Source: Octopus sinensis (lineage: Eukaryota). Taken from it: DNA of 64,000 bases. Shown here piece by piece: positions 38,474-50,499 of this stretch. The notes under the pieces were generated by a model that saw only the letters and a list, made by a program, of their open reading frames with translations, ran no database searches and was not told the DNA's origin. The translations under genes and the position numbers were made by a program. Within the stretch, counting starts at the first letter, position 1; each line of letters begins with the position of its first letter. The DNA is taken from the NCBI RefSeq assembly GCF_006345805.1, contig NC_043020.1, positions 14,074,001 to 14,138,000 on the forward strand, given 5' to 3'.

Positions 38474-39564
38474 TATGTATAAGAGTTCTTGATTCAGTCT
38501 AATCATAGGCATGTGTCTTTTACCATGACTTTGAGCTGGCTTTGTCAGTGAAATCCGGTATATAGAAATTGGACAGAAGCCCATTGTGATGTGTGCTTTA
38601 ACTTATTAGTCACAACATTAAATTTAGATGCTGATAAATGGTTCCCTTGTCATAAACCTAAAGAAAGATTGTTTGTTAATAATGAAAGCTCTAATCATCA
38701 TCAGCATGGCTTGGTTTTATGAATGATGATCCATGAAGTCATCCACGTTAATTGTCAGTTTGTTGGTGGTTGACATGGTTTATGTTGAAGAGACAAGCCC
38801 AGTTGAAATAGTTTCAAAGAAATTCTATTTTCATTTCTGTGCAACAAGTCTCACAGTTGTTTCTCAATTTCCTTTTGTTCTCAAGGTTGAAATTATCCCT
38901 GAATGAACTCTTGAAGAAGACAGACTAGTGACCGATATGTTGTCAAACCTCACAACTGGACGTTGTAGTAGATCATCGTCCACCCAAATAGCTTCTGTAG
39001 TTTAGTCTGTAGTTAGATTGTACCTAAAAAGTTACCCTCCCAGGCATAAGTTTGGGCAAGGTTATTTATGGAAGACCAGCAGTCACCCATGCATACCGGC
39101 CTCCTCTCTCCACACAACCAGTATTATCCAAGGGAAAGGCAAAGGCCGATGCAGCTTGGCACCTCAGTATTAATATTGCCTCTATTGCTAATATATATAT
39201 ATGTGAGCAAAACGCCTCCCCCCAGGCCAATGGACGGTGCTGAGTTGTCAAACATTTAAACCAAATTTTCTCAAAAAAATTTGTCCGACCATCCCATAGG
39301 CCTCCTCTTTGAGAAACACTGATTTAACCTAAATTTGAGACGCCAATGTTGTCGACTGTATTTTAGTTAGTTATGGCTTTAAATTTACCCAGAGTTATCT
39401 CTCTTCAGTATTTCTCATTGAGGAAAGCTAGAACCAGAAACACTGCATCTAGGAATCCGATAGAGGACAACACCAAGCAGTTATGGTGTTTCTACACCTT
39501 TCACCATAAGAGGGAATATATTTCTCCCTGGTAGCTGCCATGAATTTGCTTTTAGAAGTTGAAA

Positions 39565-39958
39565 TCTTTATATATAAAAGTGAAGTTGTGTGTCTGTCTC
39601 CTACGATTTAGATTCCTAACTACTCCCACATTTTGCGGTGCAGTTTAACCAAAAGCGGGTATCTTATAGTCGTGATTCATATCGAGCCCTTCTGGGTATT
39701 AGCGCGCGTCTACGATGAGTCTACGGTTTTAAAAAAAATTTACCATCAATTTTTCCCATTTTTTAATGCATTTTTGGCATATATAAGGGAAGTAACTCTC
39801 TAAAAATTTATTAAATCTCAGAACGTAAAAAGCTACAGTAACACCCCCCCCCCTTTGTGGTTAGCCATATTGAGATGGCTATTATACTTTACATCTCTAA
39901 AAATGCTTATATAGTTATTTCCTTTACAAACCCGAGCAACGCCGGGCGATACTGCTAG
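39565..39958 (+). mobile_element. Non-autonomous Helitron H1
   Basis: A|TC...CCCGAGCAACGCCGGG...CTAG|T. The paralogous empty site is at about 37660. Confidence 0.9.
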
Positions 39959-40039
39959 TATGTAATAAACACATTTTAACTAACCTAAAGTTCATCTGTG
40001 TGTGTGTGTGTACATACATACATATATATATAGTTATCA

Positions 40040-40338
40040 GTGAAGGCGCATGGCTCAGTGGTTAGAGCGTCGAGCTTACGATCGTGAGGTTGTGAGCTCG
40101 AAACCCGGACCGAGCTGCGTGTTGTGTTCTTGAGCAAGAGGCTTTACTTCGCGTTGCACCAGTTCACTCAGCTGTAGAAATGAGTTGCGACGTCACAGGT
40201 GCCAAGCTGTATCGGCCATTGCCTTTCCCTTGGATAACACTGGTGGCGTGGAGAGGAGAGGCAACTGCTGGTCTTCCATAAACAACCTTGCCCGGACTTG
40301 TGCCTGGGAGGGTAACTTTCTAGGTGCAATCCCATGGT
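40040..40338 (+). mobile_element. tRNA-derived SINE family E
   Basis: TGGCTCAGTGG A-box, tRNA-like head, and central gtgttcttgagcaag motif. Confidence 0.8.
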
Positions 40339-40349
40339 CTATATTTATA

Positions 40350-40648
40350 TCTTTATATATAAAAGTGAAGTTGTGTGTCTGTCTCCTACGATTTAGATTC
40401 CTAACTACTCCCACATTTTGCGGTGCAGTTTAGCCAAAAGCGGGTATCTTATAGTCGTGATTCATATCGAGCCCTTCTGGGTATTAGCGCGCGTCTACAA
40501 TGAGTCTACGATTTAAAAAAAAATTTACCATCATTTTTTCCCATTTTTAATGCATTTTTTTGCTATTATATAAGGGAAGTAACTCTCTAAAAATGCTTAT
40601 ATAGGTATTTCCCTTACAAACCAGAGCAACGCCGGGCAATACTGCTAG
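40350..40648 (+). mobile_element. Non-autonomous Helitron H1 (internally deleted)
   Basis: Same termini as 39565-39958. Confidence 0.85.
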
Positions 40649-40689
40649 TATATATATATATATATATATACATATAAAAAGTAATCCTG

Positions 40690-40893
40690 AAATATTGCAA
40701 TCTGTCTGCCAACTACATTTTCAATCCTGTGGCGTTCAAAATGTTTGGTGGGGTCGGACCACTAACTGCGAGATTCCTGTCTTCACTGGCAACTCACCTT
40801 GCAGGTAACTGGTGAAGTTCATGTGGGCATTTGGCTGTCCAGCGCATCAGCCTTGCCTTCACTCGCAACAACGCTGCAAGCGTGTCTCAATAG
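40690..40893 (+). mobile_element. CRE-clade non-LTR retrotransposon C-terminal (RLE) fragment
   Basis: KYCNLSANYIFNPVAFKMFGGVGP...QRISLAFTRNNAASV resembles KY..L...Y.F.PVA.ET.G..G....QR.S.A.QRGNAA; one internal stop. Confidence 0.7.
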
Positions 40894-41006
40894 CCAATAG
40901 AGATGTTTCCCAGCACCCCCAACTTTTCAACCCAAGGTGGTGAATTTTATTTGTTTTTTCTTCTTTTTAATTATTTCAATTGCGTTCTCTGTTTTGTCCA
41001 ATTTTC

Positions 41007-41425
41007 GGGTCTTTTCGGTTTGAACAGCAGTTTTTTCTAGCGGTGTCATATGAAATTGTCACCCATAATTATGACCCTAGCATCGATCTATTGCGTTTCA
41101 ATCTGTTTTAGGGTTAGGGGTGGGGGGTGGGGGTATCTTTTTTTCTTCAGAAATGTAAATAAACCCAATCTGTTTCTTAAACGAGGGACATATTCATATG
41201 GCACAGAATGGGTTTTTTTTTTACCTCAAAAGACGTCATTGATTGGTTGAAATTGCAGAAATTGAAGAAAAAAAAAAACAAATATCTTACAAGCTATAGA
41301 ATTTTCTCAATAAAGCCAAGAGAAAAAGATGTTTTATGAACACATTCTACCAGTATACGAAGTTTAAAAGTGTTTAGTTACGTGGAAATTATTTTAAAAA
41401 ACTGACGTTCAAACCAAAAAGATCC
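41007..41425. mobile_element. MITE family M1
   Basis: Same TIRs; 8-bp TSD caattttc. Confidence 0.85.
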
Positions 41426-41789
41426 CAATTTTCTAATTTTGTAAAATGGTAAACACTATGAAGGCAATAAAATTCTCAAATTTAAAGATCCAAAAGAGGT
41501 AGAATTAAAACAATAAAATACTCCATCCAGTGAGAGAAACATATCAAATTAAATACACAACCGAAAAGGCTACCAATAGTTTCATGTCCTTATGATACAT
41601 ATTTACAAAATATGCCTTGTATCTTAAAGCAAACTTTCAGACTATTTATGCGTTACGCATAAACACACACACACTAACACGAATACTGGATTATTTACGT
41701 TAATTCATGCATATATTTACAATATTTACTTACATGTGCCCGTGTGTGTGTGTGTTTTTTTTCCTGTGTCATGATATGCTAAGGTTAGA

Positions 41790-42208
41790 GGCAATCTTTC
41801 GTCTCTAGTAGACCTTTCCGTCGATTTCCGTAAAAAAATTTTTTTTTTTACATATGGGCTTGCGGGAACTTTTGAAGTAATGAGAGCGAAAGAGACTAAG
41901 AGAAAGCGATTGTATGACGAGGGAAGTTCTTTTGAAGTTACCGTGAGTGGGAAGCATTGATGTACATGTGTGTGTGTGTGTGTTTGATGGGGTGTGGGAG
42001 ACAGACAGTATGTTGTGTAAGTGAAGTGCTTCTGTTAGTGTGTGTGAAGAGACAGAGTAATGTGTGAAAGAAAGAGATAACTGAAATTTTTTACTCGGTG
42101 TATGTGTATATGTATGTATATTACTTCAAAAGTTCCCGCAAGCCCATATGTAAAAAAAAAATTTTTACGGAAATCGACGGAAAGGTCTACTAGAGACGAA
42201 AGATCGCC
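41790..42208. mobile_element. GG-terminated MITE family M2 with ~90-bp TIRs
   Basis: GGC(A/G)ATCTTTCGTCTCTAGTAGACC...GAAGTAA inverted; TSD aggttaga/aggtcaga. Confidence 0.85.
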
Positions 42209-42350
42209 AGGTCAGAATTTATAGAAAAGCAAAAATGCATGAAACCAATTTGGAAAGTGGAAAGATTTCTGTTCATTGAATATTTCTGAAAGAGAACAAA
42301 TATTGTGTGTGAATACTTGTTGAGTGGTTGTATGACTGGGTATTACTTAA

Positions 42351-42773
42351 GAAGAGTGGTCCCGGTGCGCGCACTCGCACTAGCTAGTCGTGACTAGTCG
42401 ATCCTACAACGACTACCTAGCAAAATAAAACACAAAATAAATCATGTTTTTAGGCGTAACTTCAGTATAAGTACCAGAAGTACCGGATACATTTTAAGAA
42501 AGTGTTTTTTTTTATATATATGGGGGGTTAGGGTTAGGGTTACGGTTACGGTTAGGGGCGAGAGAAAAGGGTTTCTGTTATCTTCAGAAATGTAAACAAA
42601 GCCGCGTGTGTACTTATACCGAAGGATCGCCTTTTTTTTAAAAAACAAAATAAAACACAAAAACACAAAGAAAATGATTTTTTAAAACAAAACAAAACAC
42701 AAAATCACAAAGGATCGACTAGTCACGACTAGCTAGCGCGGTTGCGCGAGTGCGTGCACCGGGACCACTCTTC
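42351..42773. mobile_element. TTAA-flanked MITE with RR..YY ends (Kolobok-like) containing a nested TIR element (42453-42631)
   Basis: TTAA|GAAGAGTGGTCCCGGTGC...GCACCGGGACCACTCTTC|TTAA. Inner TIR GGCG...TTC(A/G)GTATAAGTAC encloses TTAGGG repeats. Confidence 0.7.
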
Positions 42774-43316
42774 TTAAATAGTACTACAAAAATGCATGAA
42801 ACCAATTTGGAAAGTGGATAGATTTCTATTCATTGAATATTTCTGAAAGAGAACAAATATTGTGTGAGAACACTTGTTCAGTGGGTGTATGGCTGTACTG
42901 GGTTACATCAAAGTCGAAGTCCTTTGTTTTCTCGATGCACCTGGTAAGTTGTACGAGAGAGTAAAAGCATTTCTTTATTTACCTGTGAAAGGTATGCATA
43001 GAGACGAGAGAGAGAGTAAAAGACAAAATGTAGCGAGATAGAAATACATTTTGAAAAGGCTTTCGTGGTAGTGGTGGTGTGAGTTAAGGAGTAGTTGGAG
43101 GAGGAGGAGGGGGGGAAAGAAAAGAAAAGAGAAAAGGAAGGGATTAAATGAAGACAAAAGAAAACTCGGAACAAAAAGAGAACAAATGAAAAGAAGAAAA
43201 AAAAAGGTGGGCGGAAGACATGAAATATTTAGTATTGTGTGACTCGCACAATATTTCAAACTCGCTAAATCTAAATTTTAAAATCCAGCAACGACTGAAA
43301 GATATAGAAAGTCATG

Positions 43317-43956
43317 AAGGTGGCGAACTGGCAGAAACGTTAGCACGCCGGGCGAAATGCGTTGCCGTATTTCGTCTGCCGTTACGTTCTGGGTTCAAAT
43401 TCCGCCGAGGTCGACTTTGCCTTTCGTCTCTTTCGGGGTCGATAAATTAAGTACCAGTTACGCACTGGAGTAGATGTAATCGACTTAATACTTTTGTCTG
43501 TCCTTGTTTGTCCCCTCTGTGTTTAGCCCCTTGTGGGTAGTAAAGAAATACGTATTTCGTCTGCCGTTACGTTCTGGGTTCAAATTCCGCCGAGGACGAC
43601 TTTGCCTTTCGTCCCCTTTCGGGGTCGATAAATTAAGTACCAGTTACGCACTGGAGTAGATGTAATCGACTTAATCCGTTTGTCTGTCCTTGTTTGTCCC
43701 CTCTATGTTTAGCCCCTTGTGGGCAATAATGAAATAAGAAAAGTTAGCACGCCGGGCGAAATGCGTAGCCGTATTTCGTCTGCCGTTACGTTCTGGGTTC
43801 AAATTCCGCCGAGGTCGACTTTGCCTTTCATCTCTTTCGGGGTCGATGAATTAAATACCAGTTACGCACTGGGATCGATGTAATCAACTTAATCCTTTTG
43901 TCTGTCCTACTTTGTCCTCTCTGTGTTTAGCCCCTTGCTTGTAGTAAACAAATATA
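43317..43956 (+). mobile_element. SINE family B trimer
   Basis: Three units flanked by gatataga(a)agtcatg (43301-43316, 43957-43971). Confidence 0.85.
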
Positions 43957-44145
43957 GATATAGAAGTCATGTTGACATTGTTTTTAAAAGTTATATCATT
44001 GTGTCTGACCCCAATCAGGCTTGTTGTCCCTCTCTGTGTATCACCCCTTGTGGGTAATAAAGAAATTAGAAGTCATGTTGACTTTGTTAAAGAGAAGAAG
44101 ACGTTAAAACTCAAAGTTTTTTTTTTCTTTTTAGAAACAGGTTTC

Positions 44146-44564
44146 GGATCTTTTCGGTTTGAACAGCAGTTTTTTCTAGCGGTGTCATATGAAATTGTCA
44201 CCCATAATTATGACCCTAGTATCGATCTATTGCATCTCAATCTCTTTTAAGGTTAGGGGTAGGGGTAGGGGGAAGGGTATCTTTTTTTTTCTTCACAAAT
44301 GTAAATAAACCCAATCTCTTTCTTAAACGGGGGACATATTCATACGGCACAGAATGTTTTCACATCAATAGACGTCATTGATTGGTTGAAATTGCAGAAA
44401 TTGAAGAAAAAAAGAAACAAATATCTTACAAACTATAGAATTTTCTCAATAAAGCCAAAAGAAAAAGATGTTTTATAAACACATTCTACCAGTATACGAA
44501 GTTTAAAAGTGTTTAGTTACGTGGAAATTATTTTTAAAAACTGCCGTTCAAACCGAAAAGATCC
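44146..44564. mobile_element. MITE family M1
   Basis: Same TIRs; perfect 8-bp TSD caggtttc. Confidence 0.9.
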
Positions 44565-44853
44565 CAGGTTTCGTAATTTGCAGGAAGACTCAGTCATAAA
44601 ATACTGAGTTTTATATATAGGATTTCACATTATGATATATTGTCGTTGCTTAACCCCAGATTAGCACTGATTAAGAATAAAAGACGTTCCAACTATGACC
44701 AGTCCCTAAATACAGTACACTCAAAGCTATATGTCATCACATATCAGTCATTCTTTTGTAAGACAGAAGGAGATTTTGTTGCTGTTTCTAGAATATGTTC
44801 AAGGGAGAGAGGAGCTGAAGACTTAGTTTTCTTCAAAAGATCTTCATTATCTT

Positions 44854-45263
44854 GCTCTTTACTCTTTTACTTGTTTCAGTCATTTGACTGCGGCCATGCT
44901 GGAGCACCGCCTTTAGTCGAGCAAATCGACCCCGGGACTTATTCTTTGTAAGCCCAGTACTTATTCTATCAATCTCTTTTGCCGAACCGCTAAGTGACGG
45001 GGACGTAAACACACCAGCATCGGTTGTCAAGCAATGCTAGGGGGACAAACACAGACACACAAACACACACACATACATATATATATATATACATATATAC
45101 GACAGGCTTCTTTCAGTTTCCGTCTACCAAATCCACTCACAAGGCATTGGTCGGCCCGGGGCTATAGCAGAAGACACTTGCCCAAGATGCCACGCAGTGG
45201 GACTGAACCCGGAACCATGTGGTCGTTTAGCAAGCTACTTACCACACAGCCACTCCTGCACCT
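44854..45263 (-). mobile_element. SINE family A
   Basis: Consensus match. Confidence 0.9.
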
Positions 45264-45710
45264 AGTTTTTTAATTTAATTATTTTTTATTGTCTTTTATA
45301 AGGATTTTATTTTAAAGAAGGTTTCAGCAAGGGCAAGAAATAGCAGCCAAATTTTCTTCAAATCAACCCTACATTCTTAAAAAATGGAAATCACTCATTG
45401 GTAAATGGAGTCTAAATGGAGTCCTAGGTACCCCTAAAAAAATAAAATGGTCACTGCTGGAATGGCTCTGATCATAGGTATATCCAACCAGGATTGACCA
45501 AAGGTTAAAACAGCAACAGCAAGTAACAATCGTATTTCTAATCCTGTATCTGTTATTAATTCAGTTTGTGTTGATTTTGGGGATAGATTAGCTGAGAGAT
45601 TAGAGTGTCAGATCAATTTGGACATTCATCTTTTCTAGGGTTTATAAAGTTCCAGTCGAAAAAGGAATCGATTCTTACCAATTTCTCTCAGAATCAGTAG
45701 TTTCATTGTA

Positions 45711-45875
45711 TTGGGTTGGCAAGTAAGTTCCCACCATTTTGTTAAAATTTTGGAATCTATTTTTTTCGAGAATTCTATTTTAAAATCATTTTGGAATCTA
45801 TTTTATTTGTTTTTCTAGTTAATTTTTGTTTATTTTCAGATCATTAAAATGGAATGTCAAGTTAAGAAAAACGCC
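45711..45875 (+). mobile_element. mariner 5' end (TIR plus transposase start MECQVKKN), truncated
   Basis: TA|TTGGGTTGGCAAG... mariner-type TIR; ATG at 45849. Confidence 0.55.
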
Positions 45876-46825
45876 CTCTCCTTCGTAAAGTTTAGCATTT
45901 TGAGATCAGACTTCGATTCTTCGTCCAGATCAGCCTTCATTTCAGGAGCAGATAATTCAGTTAAGCTCAAACAACTGAATCCTCATTTTTAAAGGATGAA
46001 GATCTACCACTCAAAAGTTGAATAACCAGTTATTGTTATTGCAGTCAACTTTGTTTTAATACATGAATTAATCAAATGCTTTGGACCACAAACTGAACAA
46101 ACCAGATATTTTACACACACATTTCAATTATTACGTTGCATGAATAAAACATAATGCTGTAATGTTCTCTGAAGGTCAAAAATTATGCTTTCTTGTATTG
46201 AAGTTGTAGTTCAAAGGAGTTTACACAACACCATCTTGTGACCCACTGTGATGCTATTAAAGTGAAATTCTATTTTCAGTTCTGTGCAACAGTCTCACAG
46301 TTGTTTCTCAATTTCCTTTTGTTCTCAAGGTTGAAATTATCCCTGAATGAACTCTTGAAGAAGACAGACTAGTGACTAATATGTTGTCAAACCTCACAAC
46401 TGGACGTTGTAGTAGATCATCGTCCACCCAAATAGCTTCTGTAGTTTAGTCTGTAATACTGAGACCCCCTTCGGTCATGACTGATCATGGGATTGTACCT
46501 AAAAAGTTACCCTCCCAGGCATAAGTTTGGGCAAGGTTATTTATGGAAGACCAGCAGTCACCCATGCATACCGGCCTCCCCTCTCCACACAACCAGTATT
46601 ATCCAAGGGAAAGGCAAAGGCCGATGCAGCTTGGCATCTCAGTATTACTATTGCCTCTATTGCTAATTAGATGCTAATAAAACGCTTCATATTTAGAAAA
46701 AAGTTCACAAAATGGAATAAATTATTTTGCCATGAAACTTCTACATTTTGTCAATGAATTTATTGATACACACCGTAGCTAGTTTCCTATGATTATATCA
46801 GTGTTTCTTAACCTTTTTACCCTTC

Positions 46826-47215
46826 ACATCACTGTTCAACCGTGGTCAAGACAATGGAATTTACTATGCTATGCCAGACTTCATGGTCCATCATAGCATT
46901 ACGGAGATCCTGTTGCTGGATGCCTGTATCTCTGGAGATTACATCAGGGTAGGAGAGTGTGCGCCCTCTGGTATCGCAAGTAGATGGCTTCCAGAGGAGA
47001 AGGGTAAAAATTGCCTCGTTTTCAGCTCTACAACAATGTCCAGCAAACTGGACTCTTCTACCTTTCACAAGAGATGATACAGGTGGTAGTTTCCCATATA
47101 TTTGTACTTTGGTTGGATGGCGCTTCCGCGAGAGATTTTGAGCTCTCATAAGGAGGCGAGTGTAAGTTCCATCCAACCGCCTCTCAAGCTTCTTTTACCC
47201 TTGTGTAACTCTTAA
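46826..47215 (-). mobile_element. RTE-type LINE 3' end
   Basis: RRVQFAGHCCRA...LLWKP...GRTLSYPDVISRDTG...AMMDHEVW, then stop. Confidence 0.8.
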
Positions 47216-47306
47216 AATAAATTATGTCTCAAGGAACCTCTGCACAAAAAAATTATATACCATATCTTATATTTTTTCATCGTAGTTCATGTGGTAAATA
47301 TCAAAT

Positions 47307-47351
<45 letters not shown>

Positions 47352-47589
47352 GGATGTCCATAAATTACAGACATCACTAAATATATCCCCAATGGTTGTT
47401 ATATTTTTTGGATAACATAATAGGTTAGATAGTATGATGTCTATATTACAATAACCAACAATATGTTGCGCATGTATAGTAATAATACAATCATGAAATT
47501 AGCATTAGCCTATCTCACTCTTTCTCGCAGAACCCCTAGGAACCTTTTGCAGAACCCCTGTTGAGAAATGCTGGATTATACTATTATTT

Positions 47590-48225
47590 TCAGTGTTTAT
47601 ACACTATCTATCTGCGGCTTTATATAGCTATGGTAAGACCTCACCTGGAATTTGCACCACCGGTCTGGAACCCCTATCTTGCCCACGATATCAATCATCT
47701 GGAAGCCGTTCAGCGATGTGCAACCAAAAGAATACCCTCCATCAGGCATTTGCCATATCCTGAATGCCTTACTTCCCTGGGCATGGACACATTGAAACTC
47801 CGACGTCTGGCAGCTGACTTGGCAGACACCCATAAAATTATCAACCATCTTACAAACAATAACTCTGAGCACCTTTTCAAACTCCACCCATGGACATATT
47901 TACAAAGTCAGAAAACAGCACAGCTCCCATGACTTTCGGAAACATTTTTTCACGCTGAGAGTTGCTGAAGCATGGAACAAACTGCCGGCATCAGTTGTTA
48001 GTTGTCGGAGCACTGCATCCTTTAAAACTTCCATGCTTCCTGAGATTCGCCAACACTACACCTGATTTTCTCCCCTCCATACACACACAAGCATGTATCT
48101 GACTCGTACATTGTTCGCTTTTCAGACATTTGTACATTACTGCATATGCTTTATACGCACTTTCTGACAAGTTGTGGTGCACCCGAGCACTGTATACAAT
48201 AATTTCATTATTATTATTATTATAT
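47590..48225 (+). mobile_element. CR1-like LINE 3' end with (ATT)n tail
   Basis: LYIAMVRPHLEFAPPVWNPY...LEAVQRCATK...LRRLAADL, then HFFTLRVAEAWNKLP. Confidence 0.9.
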
Positions 48226-48687
48226 AATAGCTATCCTAATCAAGTAATACACATTTATGCACATGTATCATCACCATCATTTGATGTACACTTTCTGTGC
48301 TTGCATGGGTCAGCTGATTTGTTGAGGCAGATTTTCTACAGCTGGATGCATTTCCTGTCACCAACCTTCATGTGTTTCCAGAAGGGCAATATATCACAGA
48401 CAATCTTGTTCAAAGAAGACTGGAAACGAACACCACTTGTACGACAGGGACGGTTGTTTACAACTATCACATAAAATCAAAGCTACAATAAAGTCAAAGC
48501 TACAATCCCAACCCTCCACACACATGCAAACAGGCAGGACCAGTACTGCAGAGACTTAGATTTCTCCGTTGTTTACTTCTGAAAATGGCACTTTGTACCT
48601 AAAATATATAAAGGTTATCAAAATTTTTCCTTTTCACATTGTAAGAAGCTCTCCATCTTTACTTATCATCGTTTAATGTCCACTTTC

Positions 48688-49291
48688 CATGCTGGCATGA
48701 GTTGGACGATTTGACTGAGGACTGGCGAACCAGATGGTTGCACCAGGTTCCAATCTGATCTTGCAGAGTTTCTACAGCTGGATGCTCTTCCTAACGCCAA
48801 CCACTCTTTAATATTTTACAATATATATATATTTCAGTTTTGCTATCATGGGTTGGATGATTTGATTGAGGACTGGCGAACCAGATGGCTGCACCAGGCT
48901 CCAATCTGATCCAGCAGAGTTTCTACAGCTGGATGCTCTTCCTAACGCCAACCACTCTTTAATATTTTACAATATATATATATTTCAGTTTTGCTATCAT
49001 GGGTTGGATGATTTGATTGAGGACTGGCGAACCAGATGGCTGCACCAGGCTCCAATCTGATCCAGCAGAGTTTCTACAGCTGGATGCTCTTCCTAACGCC
49101 AACTACTCTTTAATATTTTACAATATATATATATTTCAGTTTTGCTATCATGGGTTGGATGATTTGATTGAGGACTGGCGAACCAGATGGCTGCACCAGG
49201 CTCCAATCTGATCCAGCAGAGTTTCTACAGCTGGATGCTCTTCCTAACGCCAACTACTCTTTAATATTTTACAATATATATATATTTCAGT
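48688..49291. repeat. Tandem array of four 151-bp units derived from family C
   Basis: Units at about 48688, 48839, 48990 and 49141; the last three are nearly identical. Confidence 0.9.
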
Positions 49292-50102
49292 TTTGTTTAC
49301 CAAATCCACTCACGGGGCTTTGATAGGCTCTGTGCTATAGTAGAAAACACTTGCCCAAGATACCACGCAGTGGGACTGAACCTGAGATCACATGGTTGGG
49401 AAGCAAGCTTCTCAATCATACAGCCAGACCAGTACCTTTCTATCTATGTATATCATCATCATTTAATGACCATTTTCCATGCTGGCATAGGTTGGGCAGT
49501 ATCACAGGATTTGGTAAGTCAGAAGTCTGCACCAAGCTTTCTTGTCTGCTTTTACAAGATTTCTAAGGCTGGATGCTTTTTACATGGCACCAGCATCCAT
49601 GAGGTCTGCTTTGGCATGGTTTCTCAGGCTGGATGCCCTTCCTAGTGCCAACCACTTTGCAGAGTAGACTGGATGCTTTTTGCATGTGAATCAGCACCGT
49701 AAAAACCATAGATGCAGATACAGATATATATTACAGGCCCAGGTGCCACTCTGTGGTTAAGAGGCTCACTTTGTAAACCATGGAGTTTCAAGTTCAGACC
49801 TCCTGCATGGAATTTTGGGCAAGTATCTTCTAGAATAGTCTCAGACCCACCAATTTGGTAGACAGAAACTATTTGGAGCTCATTGTGTGTGAGAGTGTGT
49901 GTGTATGTGTAGAGAGAGAGAGAGGTGGGCGTTTGAGTCTCGTATGTAAGGAAAATCCACTTTTTTCCATTGAGGGCTTATATGCCCCAATATTAGACTA
50001 TTTCCTTTAGCCAATACACAGTGATTACTTATAAGCTTTAAGAATTGTAACTCATCACCACTTCTCAAATCATTGCAGAATGAATATATATATATATATA
50101 TA

Positions 50103-50499
50103 TACTCTTTTACTTGTTTCAGTCATTTGACTGTGGCCATGCTGGAGCACCGCCTTTAGTCAAGCAAATCAACCCCAGGACTTATTCTTTGTAAGCCCAG
50201 TACTTATTCTATCAATCTCTTTTGCCGAACTGCTAAGTTACAGGGACGTAAACGCACCAACATCGGTTGTCAAGAGATGTAGTGGGGACAAACACAGACA
50301 CACAAACACACATATATATACATATACATATATACAACGGGCTTCTTTCAGTTTCCGTCTACCAAATCCACTCACAAAGCTTTGGTTGGCCCAAGGCTAT
50401 AGTAGAAGACACTTGCCCAAGGTGCCACACAGTGGGACTGAACCCGGAACCATGTGATTCGTTAGCAAGCTACTTACCACACAGCCACTCCTGCATCTA
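50103..50499 (-). mobile_element. SINE family A
   Basis: Consensus match. Confidence 0.9.

Noticed and set aside
38238-38502. Recurrent ORFs MLGGQTQTH..., MSSNARG..., MRNWYL..., MTTDAG...
   Set aside because: Chance reading frames of SINE A and B copies repeated throughout the window.
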